A DNA stretch of 64,000 bases, taken from the NCBI GenBank assembly GCA_030141605.1, contig JAQGDQ010000151.1, positions 248,001 through 312,000 of the forward strand. The letters are read 5' to 3'. The translations under genes and the position numbers were made by a program. Origin of the DNA: Tubiluchus corallicola. Lineage: Eukaryota > Animalia > Priapulida. Of the stretch, positions 1-11,673 are shown one piece after another (the stretch's first letter is position 1; each line of letters opens with the position of its first letter). The notes under the pieces were generated by a model. That model saw only the letters and a program-made list of their open reading frames with translations, was not told where the DNA came from and did no database searches.

Positions 1-900
1 TGATGAAATCTGCGCGAGGGTATATAAGATGGTGTTTGGCAAGGGCTCGGGGGGAAGAGTCGGCGGAGAGGAGTTGGAACTAAGTGGTTGTGGGTGAACC
101 ACGTGCCGAGAGAGAGAAGAGACTGGAGAAGCAAAGACAACGTAAGACCAGCGTGGACATCGAATCTGCGTACTCAATGAATTGAGCACTGGGCTACGAA
201 TCAAGTCTTGCAACGGATTTGGAATTGACCAATTGAACAGTCATCATTGGTCATTCCACCAAGTTAAGTGAACTTAACGTATCGTAACTTGAGAGCAACT
301 CTGCATAGTAAATTCACAGTGTAATAGCACCTTAAGTGCGAAGTGAGGAAATCGTTAAGGGAATCTGTTTAGTATCTCTGGGAGCTAATTATAAATTGTG
401 AGCGTCTTTGGCGATTAAGTACATATATTGTCATTTAGCAAACTAAGAGTAATTGTTGTAAACAATAAACGGATTTCGTTTAATCATAAATGATTAGTTC
501 GAGTATGCTTAGAGGTGTCTCAGTTAAGCAACATCGAATTCTGTAAACGAGTCTAAGGATTTGCTGTGTACATTAAGTATTCTACGAGTTCAATTGCGGG
601 AACTTCTGCTAGATAGCTTTAGAGATTAAGACTCTTTCACAACGCGGAGTCGTAGAAACAATCTTGTGAGAAGAAATCATTGCTCTATATATTTTATCTT
701 AAGCTCTAGTAGCCGGGTTGAGAATAACCTTTTAGCAATTAATGTATTAGAGGTGAATCCCTCCTTCAGTCTTAAGTCAAGTTTTATACGATCACATGCG
801 ACAGATAAGATAAGAATCAATATTAATTAGGGAGATTAATATTGCATATTAAAGAGTGACTAAGATAATAAAGTGATAACTGGTACTCGGATCCAGGATC
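1..900 (+). mobile_element. LTR-like sequence (possible LTR retrotransposon 5' LTR remnant)
   Basis: TATATAA at 21-27 followed by a purine-rich tract, AATAAA near 465, and TGGTACTCGGATCCAGGAT at 881 resembling a degenerate PBS. No partner LTR or gag seen. Confidence 0.3.
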
Positions 901-968
901 ATTAAGAAGGAGATAATAGATAGGTGATTAGCAACCGTTGTGGTTAGTTTACACGTGGATACTCCATA

Positions 969-2782
969 ATGGCGACGGAACTCGTACGTAATGAGTTGCT
1001 ATCCTATAGTGTACCTTACTTGCACAAAGACGCCGTAGGTGACACAAAAGCTACAAAACGGCAATCTGTAGACAACGATCTGACTGGCAGAGTAAGCAGA
1101 AGATATTTTACAGCTTTAAGAAAGTTAGATGATGAAAATGCTATGCCAATCTTTTATGCCACAGATTTTGCACCCGAAATTTGCTCTTGGTCCAACTGAT
1201 ATGTTCGCTGTGTTAGATAGGTTAAATAGGATTGAATCTTCACTTTTAAATTGCGTGAACTCCACAGTTAAAAATGCCAAATAACATCGCTAAGATGCAA
1301 GCACAGAATGCAAATCAAGTCCGAGTTGTAATCTAGCTCACAAGCACAAAAGTGAACTATAGCAAAGTTGTCACTGAATTCCCATCGTTGAGCACAAATC
1401 ATAATAAGCAAATTGTCGGCGATAACTGCCTCATAATTACTGCCCCTACCAGGTAAATTGCCTCATAGGGTAGGACGACAAAATAATCTACCCACTTCTC
1501 GACCTACATCCAGCAAGCGAGACAGATCTCCTGCAATATTTGGAAACCGTAAAGATATGGGTATGAAAAGCAAAGGGCTACCAAGGCGTGCGCACATAAA
1601 ATTCTTCAATGTGGACGAGAACTATTTAATCGAAGAGATAAAAGATGACATTGAAGGGCAAAATGTGACAGTATTAGAAACAGAATGCATAGAAAATAGC
1701 AGACAATGTAACTGTACCTCTTAATCAAAAAGAAGTTTTAAGCCTGACTTCTAGCTAGGTAGTGGCTCCCAAACACCGTGGATAATTTAATAAAAAATGA
1801 ACTTTCTCTAATTTCCTATAACTGTGCAGGTATTTCTTCGTTTAAACACAAATTCATCAATGATGTGGGTTTTAAAGACTTAAATACCGACCCTACGGTG
1901 GGACCGGAATCTTATGAAAAAACACGTAAGCGGGCATATTGCACCCACTAACTGCAATTGTGATAGATTATCTGTTGTAGAAATAAAGAGTTCCGAAACA
2001 TGTTGATAAATTGCTGTATGCCAACTGATAGTTATACGGTTAACGTGAACTGTGATCTTTAACATACTCTGAACAGCATCCAGGAAATCATCAACCATTA
2101 TAGTCATGTGATACTGGGTGGTGATTTTAATTGTGATCTGACAAGAAATACTGGACAGATCAACTGTCTTAAAGACTTTGTTAAGCAAAACAAGCTTGAA
2201 TTTGCCATCATGTATAATAATACTACGATGGATTACACTTGCCGCAACATAGATTTCAGTGCCTGCTCGGCGCTCAACCTTTATATTGTTTCACAAAATA
2301 TGAGAAATTACGGGATTGAAAATTTAATGCATCATTCCGTAAATAATTTATCAGATCATTCCCCAATTCCGCTAACAATGGATGTTGATTTGCTGTTCAA
2401 TGACATTCAAAAAAGAATATTCACATCTCATATTTCATGGGCTAAGGCAAGTACTGCAAACTTAGAAAAATACAGAACTCTGCTAGACAACAATGTCTCA
2501 GCGATTAATCAACATGTAGTCGTCAGTGCAGCGTGTTGTACAATAAAAAGTTGTTCTTGTGGTTTCGTTGTACATTCCTGTCTGACAGCTAGCAAACAGT
2601 CAATACCAACAAACTGTTGAACACTAAAGCTGTCCGCCCTCACGACGGCAAGCTCTTTTTTGGCATCAGCTTTGGTGCCCTAATGGCAGACCAAGAGAGT
2701 GGGTTATCTCCACCCTACGGAGAAACACGCGTCTCAAATATCATTTTGTCATTCGAAACATTAGCAGGAACCAAATTAATTC
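969..2782 (+). mobile_element. Decayed non-LTR retrotransposon (outer element), 5' half: ORF1 fragments and APE endonuclease fragments
   Basis: ORF1-like NELLSY start at 969. Endonuclease motifs ISYNCAG (~1810), ILGGDFNCDL and LSDHSPI (2108-2620), then RRNTRLKYHFVIR linker. Many stops and frameshifts. Confidence 0.8.
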
Positions 2783-2785
2783 GTA

Positions 2786-4790
2786 CATACAGGGTAGCGA
2801 CCGGACCTGTTTTTGAGTTGCTGCGGGTAAAATGCAGTAGCACTGTCGCACTGACTATACTGTACCGGCTTTAATGGTTTAGTTTCGTTTATATGGTATC
2901 ATGGTGGTGTAGCTGTTGATGACTTACAAATAAGATAGATCCGTTATACGTTTACTGCTTTATGAATGTCACCAATTAGAACACGCAGTATGTCTTCAGA
3001 TCCTGAGTGGATGCGGGCACTGCTTAATAAATTAGACGACAAATTGGGAAAATTGTCTGCCGAGTTCGACGATAAATTAAAACCCTAGCGAGCAGGCATC
3101 GAGAAGTTAGCTGGAATATCGGCAAGAGTCGACGTACTCGAAAAAAAGTTTAATACCAGTATTGAGAACATTGAAAAAGTCGAGAAAATTTCGAAAGACG
3201 CTTTGATTGAAGCCAACTCTAACTCACAATATAGTCGCCGCAGCTTGTTACTTATCTACGGTATTCCTGAGACCAGGAATAGAGGCAATGAGGATTGTTT
3301 TTCCAAGGTACTTGAGCTCATTGCAGTGTATATGCAAGTGGAAATACATCGCAATGATATATTGACTGTTCATCGAATGGGACCAGTGCGTGCTAACCAA
3401 AAACAGAAACCAGTGCCCATAATTGCTATTTTCTCCACGATTGAAAAGAAAAGAATTGTGTTCAATGCCAAAAAGAAATTGAAAGGTGCATCTAATACAG
3501 ATGAAGTCAAGTACGACGTCTCGTTATTTCTCACCAAGCTAAACAAGAAAATCCTAGACGAAGCAATTAAAGTGTGTGAAGGAAGAGACGAATGGAACGC
3601 CTATGCAACTGAAAGAGGCATAATGCTGAGCATCGACAAAGAACGTCCAATTCTCCCAAGAACTACCCAAGACATAAATGAATATGTATAATAAAAGTGA
3701 GTAACTAATTGTCAGCTAGTGCGATTTTGTCATTGCAATATTGTTTTAGCTTTTTTCTTTCTTTTCTTTTTTATTATTTGTTCTTCACTTAGTATTCGCG
3801 CATAATAACATTACAGCTAGGGCCGAAATGCGCTTCTACATTGTCCATGTGTAATCTTGTGAACTAAATTTCAGCATGTCATTGTACTACATTAGCCAGG
3901 TATGTGGTCTCCAGAGAAGCCCTACTTTTTTCGTATTGAGTGATGAATTACATCATCAGCAGGCGTTTTTAGTAGCACTTGTTTGAATGTTTTAGTAATC
4001 TAGAAAAATTCAAGAGTCAAGGCCTGTATATGAGAGCTAAAATCTGCTTCCCTTATTTTTGAGAATCGTTAACCTGTTATTTAGATTGGCGTGTCCATTA
4101 CGTTATTGTATTACTCTACCTTACTGTAGGCCGAAAGTCATTTCCATGATGTACATTCATACCTATAACTAAACTGGTCTGGCCAGTTCTTAAAGCTTAC
4201 ATTAGCTTTCCCATTATAGTTTTTCTGTACTTGAATGTTCACAAGTCGTTGCTGTGAAAGAGCCACTTAACTCCTGGGCTTCTAGCTTGCAGTTAAACCT
4301 CAGTTAACCCCTATGTTTATGTAGTAACAATAATCGCCTTGACGTTTTACGTCAAGTATTCTAGTATATTACAGCTATACTGAACTACTGTATTATTCAT
4401 TTATACTATACTTATTTAGACATACATTCCTATTTTATCATTGGCTATTAATATTGACTGCTAAAATTAACTCTGTCTTCATCTGATTGTTTACTAATTT
4501 CTTTCACCCTTTATTGCACAAAGTTCTAATTAATTGTTGTATATTACTATACTAACCTGGTAATAACGATCTAGAAATCTGTTTTCTGCATAAACTGTAG
4601 TATTTTTGCATATATTCTGATTGTATCCTACTGTAGTACACTGTACCAAAATTGTTATGTCTTTTCACAGTCTATGTACTGCTGCACATGAATAATCACT
4701 TGTAGTATTAATAAATTTGACTTTTGAGGAATTGTTAATTAGCCATATCTACAACCAAAAATTCAGTAAAATAAATTAGATTAAAAAAAA
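2786..4790 (+). mobile_element. ORF1-only polyadenylated retroposon (LINE ORF1-type, non-autonomous)
   Basis: Contains ORF1 and a ~1.1-kb non-coding tail. AATAAA at 4770-4775 and A8 at 4783-4790. Flanked by AATTCGTA at 2778-2785 and 4789-4796 (candidate TSD). Confidence 0.6.
2990..3691 (+). pseudogene. LINE ORF1 protein (coiled coil plus RRM, L1/transposase-22-like) with one in-frame stop
   Basis: ATG 2990 is in frame with ORF 3203-3691, with a single TAG at 3086-3088. Heptad-rich N-terminus, then QYSRRSLLLIYGIPE, HRMG and PIIAIF motifs typical of ORF1p. Confidence 0.8.
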
Positions 4791-4796
4791 TTCGTA

Positions 4797-7700
4797 TGAC
4801 ACACTGCCTTTTCATGATCCATACCTATTCTACATTCTCTCCTGACTTAACCATTATAGCCTTGTACACTCCTTTTCTCCGTGATCTTGACTGTGTTGAC
4901 ATTATCCTGTGACTTGTTGTTGTTGTTGTTTGTTTGTTTGTTTGTTTTGTTGTTACTGTTTATTTTCCTGTACTTTCTTCACAGTTATGACCGCAGTTCG
5001 TTCTCCTTGTTCTACTTGCTTTAAACCTGTCAAAACTAATCAGTATGGAATATATTGTGACTGTTGTGAGTCATGGACCCATCTTAAATGTTCTCGTCTA
5101 ACAATCTCTGATTTTTTGCTAATTTATCTCCTGATAGTAATGCCTGGTTTTGCCATAACTGCTTAGCAGAGATATTTCCTTTTAATAAGATTCTCAATGA
5201 TGAAGATTTTTTTCTGGCCACCAGGTATATAAATATTGCTAATATAATCGATTGTGATGCCTTTAAATTAAATTTGTTTGATGATAATAGCAACCTAATC
5301 AATCATAATACTGAATACCTAGACAAAATGAACCCCGATACAAATTTCTTTAACAGCATGAACATTCCAAATGGTAGTAAATATTATGATATCGACCATT
5401 TCAATTCAATGTTTTGTAACAATTACAATATGCCAGACAACAACCCTCTATCAATCATACATTTAAATATTAGAAGTATAAATGCAAATTTTGATCATTT
5501 TCTAGCTTATCTGCAGATGTTAATCACAATTTTTTTACATAATTACACTGTCTGAAACTTGGCTCATGGATAACACTGGTTCCTCGATTAACTTACCTGG
5601 TTACACGTCTTCATTCATTAACAGGACAATTGTCGCATTGTTCATTAGAGAGGATTTACTGTTTATTGTCCGTAATGATCTACAAATCGTTCTGACAATG
5701 ATATCGAAGCCATTTTCTTTGAGATATTATGCAATCAAGACAAGAACATCGTTATTGGCTTAATTTGTCGTCCTCCAGGTGAATGTCTTTTACGGATAAA
5801 ATCTCTGGCATAATATCCAAAGTCAGTAACCAAGGGAAACATTTATACATCACTGGCGATTACAATATTAATTTGATTAATCATCAAACCCACAGTGATA
5901 CCAAATACTTTCTAGATTCAATGTTTACCAATTCCACGTTCCCAACAATAGCCTGTCCTACAAGAATTACTAACTTTTCAGCCACAATTATCGACAACAT
6001 TTTCACCAACGTCATTCAGTACCATCACAAACCTGGTATACTGCTTACTGATATCACCGACCGCTATCCTATTTTTACAATCACTGATTTTAACCTACCA
6101 TCTCCTATGCAAAAGACTTTCCGTAATAAAGCTATTTGCAATGATTTGATCAAAACAGCCTTTAGAAACGAGTTATCTAGCACGAATTGGGAAGACGTTC
6201 TCTTAGAGCCAGATCCTAATTTAACCACAGAAATTTTTTATGATAAATTTAATAATATTTACAGCTCGCATATAAGAGAGAAATGCACACAAATCAATCC
6301 TAGCCAAAACAAAAAACCCTGGATATCTATTGGATTATTAAATTCGATTAGAAAGAAAAATAAAATGTACATAGCAACACTAAAAAATAACGGTCCTACA
6401 TTCTTAAATCAATACAAAGAATATCGTAGCAAATTAAACAATTTTGTTAAAACGTCTAGAGATAACTATTATAGGCATAGATTAGAAATGTATAAAAGCA
6501 ATATAAAAATGTCATGGACAACTATGAAAGAAATAATGAATAAAAGCAAAATGCAAAATCAAATTAAATTAAATATCAACAATAAAATCGAAACAAATAA
6601 TAAATTAATTGCTGATAAATTCAACGAGTATTTTGCCAATGTTGGACCATCACTTGCTGAGAATATTAATATATCAAATCATAATTTTAGAGACCACTTA
6701 AAAGGTAACTACCCCAATTCGTTCTTTTTTAATCCAGTTACTCCTAAAAGCGTTCTTAATATATGCAATTCCCTAAATGTCAATAAGAGTCCCGGGATTG
6801 ACAACTACATACCTAGAATAATCGCAGATATATTTCCTCAAGTATCAATACCTATAACTCATATTTTAAATAAATCTCTTAGTAGTGGCATTGTTCCCAT
6901 CGAGATGAAACAAGCTCTTATAGTACCACTCCATAAGACTGGCGACAACACAAACTTAAGTAACTACAGACCAATATCCCTGCTACCCTTTTTTTCTCAG
7001 ATACTCGAAAGAAAAATATTACACAAATATTTAATCAAAAATAGCATACTTAACAACAGTCAATTTGGATTCAGATCAGGCCTATCCACTGAGCTTTATT
7101 TAAAGTCTGTGAACAAATTGTTAATACTATCGAAAACAATTCAATCTCTGTTGGCATCTTCTGTGACTTGTCTAAAGCCTTTGACACCATTGACCATGAC
7201 ATACTGCTTGAAAAACTTTCTCACTATGGTATTCCGAATGAATGGTTTAATAATTATCTTTCTGCAAGAAGCCAAATAGTTAAGTGCAATAATTGTCTGT
7301 CCAGCCCTCAATCCATGAAGTGTGGTGTACAATGACACCACATTATTTTTTTATTTACAATCTTATACTGTGCCTGAAATAAATAATAAACTTCCATTAA
7401 TAGCTGATTGGTTTAAAGCAAACAAATTGTCATTGAATCCAACTAAAACAAAAAGCATTGTATTTCACTCTATAAATAAGAGACTCCCGGATGTCATTAA
7501 CTTATTCATTGAAGGACAGGCAATCGAAAGAGTTCCAAATATAAAATTCTTAGACGTTGTAATTAATGAAAATCTTGACTGGAAACCACATATCAATTCT
7601 ATCAGTTTAAAAATTGCTAAGAATCTGGGAATATTTAACTTTATTAAAAATAAATTACACAGATCTCATCTTATAACACTTTATAATTCATTGGTATTAC

Positions 7701-8519
7701 TATACCTAACTTATTGCTGCATTATATGGGGTACCTCCTATCCATCCAACTTAATAAGTTTATCTAGGCATCAAAGAAAGTTTATCAGAATATTAAACAA
7801 TTTATCAAAACGTACCACTGTTGGTATGTCGTTATTTAATGAATGCGGTATAGTAATTCTCGAAGACTTGGTTTTATATTACTTGTCTATTTATATGTAC
7901 AAGACATACTACAACTTGTTTCCCACTTCATTTGCAAATCCCATTACAGCAAATCCTAAACATTACTTTACAAGGTTCAACGAATATCATGTCCCTTACT
8001 GCCGTACTAGTAGTGCCAGGTACTTTATTAAATTCACAGCCCCCAATAACTGGAATAAAATAAGTGCCCAAGTAAAAATACACAAAACTATTAATAGTTT
8101 CAAAAAGTACTTGAAAAGGACCATTTTGGATTCATACTTATAATACAATTTTAGTGGTTCATGCAGTCACAATATATGGCCTCCAATCAATTATAATGCA
8201 ATTTTAATATACCTCTATGTAAATTAAACATACACTGTGGTCGTTTCTTCTCCTCTTTTCCTTCTTCCTATCCCTAATCTTACTATTTTTTTCCATTCCA
8301 TCATGTCTACTAACCCCAACCATTCTTTCATTCACTCATTTGTGCAACCTTAACAAGCCAAGCTTTTAAGGTGTCATACAGCAACTCTTTTATTTGGTTA
8401 ATTTGGTGACTTCATCTCCGTTTTCTTTACCTATACTGTTTCTTTTTGTTTCAATAATATTGTATGTTGATGTATTGCATATGTATTGCTTGAGTGATAT
8501 AAATTGATTGATTGATTGA
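4797..8519 (+). mobile_element. CR1/L2-group LINE (Crack-like), ORF2 with PHD finger, APE and RT, decayed, (TTGA)n tail
   Basis: PHD CSTC..CDCCESWTHLKC from ATG 4987. EN motifs HLNIRS, GDYNINL, PTRIT..TIIDNIF, TDRYPIF. RT motifs NYRPISLLP, QFGFR, CDLSKAFD, WFKANKLSLN. The PQGS..YADD core is deleted near 7328. ORF ends 8143; TTGA repeats at ~8504-8519. Confidence 0.9.
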
Positions 8520-8520
8520 C

Positions 8521-9973
8521 AATACGAAACCAGAATATGGCACTTACTGTGTGTAACACAAGTCTCTTTGAAGAAATAAAAACCTGCATTAGTGTAATGA
8601 AACTGTTAGTAATAGCATTGATGGCAAAAATAATCTAAAAGACGTTGCTAATGACTTTGCTCGTGATTATCTGACACTATATAACAGTGTTGGCACAAGC
8701 TATGAAGAAATCAACGATATATATGACAAACTATGCTATGGAGAAGAATAGTGCAATGAACTTTCAGTATTAATAAGTGACATTCTGCTGTCTCTAAGCT
8801 CAAACCAGGCAAACTGGACGGCTCACTAGGTCTGTCCAGCAACCATGTTATAAATGGTTAAAGATTGTTAAACATTCATTTGACATTCTTGGTGAATTCC
8901 ATGCTAAAAATGGATATTATCCACAGACTACCTGTGTGAGTACCATCACGCCTAGACTAAAAGACCCCCATAAGAAGCTAAATGAAAAATCAGACTGCAG
9001 AGGTATTGCCCTGACGTCATACTTATTGAAACTCATAGACTGGATCGTCCTCAATAAATTTCGAGACAATCTTAAAAGTTGTGATTTGCAGTATGCCTAC
9101 AAGAAAAGTTGCTCAACAGATCTTTGTACATTAATATTGAAAGAAACTGTAAATTATTATATGGTCAAAAATTCGCCCGTGTATTGCTGCCTCATCGACT
9201 TTTCAAAAGCCTTTTGCCGCGTAAACATTGCAAAGCTGATTTCAAAACTGAAAGAAAACTGTAATCTTCCAAACTATGTTCTTGCTTTAATGTTATGTAC
9301 TTACTTAAATCAAAATGTATCTATTCAGTAGAACAATACTAATGCATTATCTTTTTTAACAAGCAATGGAATACGCCAAAATAGTGTTCTGTCTGGAATT
9401 TTATTAACCATATAAATAGATGACTTGCTTATGTCACTTGGTATGCACACGCTTGGATGCCACTTGCTGCACAGTTACACTGGAGCTGTGGGGTATGTGG
9501 ATGATGTAACCCTGCTGGCACTGTCTGCGACCTGCCTTAAATCAATGCTCAGTGTGTGCATCCAGTATGCTGACCAGCATGACATGCTTTTTAACTCCAG
9601 TAAAACAAAGTGTATTTTATTTACTAACAGCCAGAACTTAATTAACTTTCCTAGAATTGTAGCTAATGATACAGCGTCAAATTGGATCAATGAAGTGGGT
9701 CATCTGGGTCACAAACTAACAACGAACCTTAATGAAATTAGTGATGTTGTAAGATGTAAAAAAGATTTTATTTCGTCTCTTAACGTTATTTTGTGTTCCT
9801 TTGAGTCAGTGACAGATAAACAAGTAATGCTTAAATTGCTTAATGCTTACTGCTGCTCAAGCGATATATCAAAGAACTATATGTCGACGTTATTTACTGA
9901 ATGTAGAAAAGCATTAAGACGAATCCTAAACTTCCCGGTCAGTGACATCGGCTACCTCATTTCTTATAATTAA
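8521..9973 (+). mobile_element. Decayed non-LTR retrotransposon (outer element), 3' half: reverse transcriptase
   Basis: CRGIALTSYLLKL, LQYAYKKSCSTDLC..LKETVNYY, LIDFSKAF, GYVDDVTLLA, FNSSKT, HLGH. Rejoins the 5' half in frame (..RNQINS|IRNQNMA..). Confidence 0.88.
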
Positions 9974-9989
9974 TGTTAACAGCTTTTTC

Positions 9990-10225
9990 AGGGCAGTGAA
10001 CTATTGTGCTTGTTTCCTTATTTCCTGAAAAGAGAGAGTCACATTAACCAGTTCTTAGAAACCGTTACAGGGTGCTGACTGCTGTGCTTTCTGGAAACAG
10101 CAATGACCCACTGTGCTCACTTCCTAGAAATAGCAGTGAACATCTGCATCCACTTTTTGGACACCTGAAGCCACGTCAGGGCAATGACCCACTGTGCTCA
10201 CTTCCTCACTTCTTGGAAACAGCCT
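9990..10225. repeat. Degenerate minisatellite (~33-40 bp unit, core cagcaatgacccactgtgctcacttcct)
   Basis: gcaatgacccactgtgctcacttcct occurs at ~10100 and ~10181, with looser copies around them. Confidence 0.55.
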
Positions 10226-11538
10226 AGCAGCTACATAATCCCATACAGCCTAAAAATTGAAAAAAGGTGTAAGAAACTAAAAACAGATATTGAACACTAA
10301 CCAGCAAGTCAGCAGAGGATCGTTACCAAGGTGACAGTAACTGTTTTAACTCCTAGTACTTTTTACCCTAGAAGAAATTATTAATAAAGGAATTGAAAAA
10401 TAATAGACTGACAGCTCATTCTTGGGGCAAAACTGTGGCTGCTAGATGACCTCTTGGTATTTCGCCACCCCATCTCAATGTAGTGTTTATAATCTTAAAG
10501 AAACATTGTGTACAATATGTGCAACTTTAAATAAGATGATAAAATCTAATTAAAAATCTAAATCTGAAGGTCTTTAGCCAATAACTTTTTTAATAAATCA
10601 TTGTTTTGGATTTAGAACTTTTGTAATTAAACACGCTGTAATTTAAGCAACCAGCCATTTTCTATGTAAAGAAAAACCCATTAAATATTACACGGCAAGG
10701 CTAAAATAATAAGCTGTATGTAACTGAATCAGTGCTCAACACACAGCGAAAACAATCCTCATACATTTTGTACGGGAGGAAGTTTCACAAGGGGGTGTAA
10801 GGAATTTGCCCTAGTTTGACCATTTTCGAAATAACTGCAAACAACAGGCTACGCAATTATGTATGGTGTAGACTGACAAAAGTGTCTAAAACAAAGTATT
10901 TCATACTGATAAAACAGAATTATTTGCCCTGAAACTATTCAATTTGTTTGTCCTCGGAAAGCAACTAACATCACTCCACCCCCCGTCTTGTATGCCTATT
11001 ATCTCCAACTTTTCTAACTAAGAGTTTTATAACTGCACATATCATATTATGCACAAATAATATAGCATATATAAAAATATTGTAGTCTTGCTTTTTTCTA
11101 TGTATGCATAAACAACAATAACAATTTCTACAAGATAATCTGTTTTATTTGTCAGTTTGTCTGTCTGTCACAAAATTCATTCATGGTCAGTCAGTTAGTT
11201 AGCCATTGGCTGTAGACTTCTGCTAAATGTACCAGCTGCTTGGTAGGTTAATTTCAAATGTTTAGTCTTGATATGTTTGAAGAGCTTGGCATTGTTTGCT
11301 GCTTGACATTCTTGGGACTCTTGTAAGTTTGAGCTGGGATTGATTGAAGGAAAATGCAGAATGTTGGTCCATGAGTAGGTATAGCCTAGAGTGAGAGGGT
11401 TCATTCAGAAGCATAGGACTCTTACGGAATAATTTCAAATGGCGTGAAACACCATTAGAATGTTTACAACATTTCATATGCTGTTAATAGGAACATCTAC
11501 CAAAGAGTGTTAAAGTGGTATCTCTTGTTTTCTGCAAG

Positions 11539-11673
11539 ATTTTTTAGGGTCCAAACTGTTCCAGTGCATCATGTATGACAGTAATGCTAATTGGGCAAAG
11601 AATCGTGTCGTCTTCTCTCGAAAGGAATCCATGACTGCGAAAATGTGCATCGACTACTGTTTTCATCTCAAAG
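11539..11673 (+). CDS. PKD1-like exon (WSC domain, first part)
   Basis: FLGSKLFQCIMYDSNANWAKNRVVFSRKESMTAKMCIDYCFHLK, donor G|gtaaat. Alternative in-frame acceptor at 11548. Confidence 0.8.

Noticed and set aside
4909-4986. Cys-rich N-terminus MTCCCCCLFVCLF of ORF 4909
   Set aside because: Translation of a (GTT)/(GTTT) microsatellite upstream of the likely ORF2 ATG at 4987.
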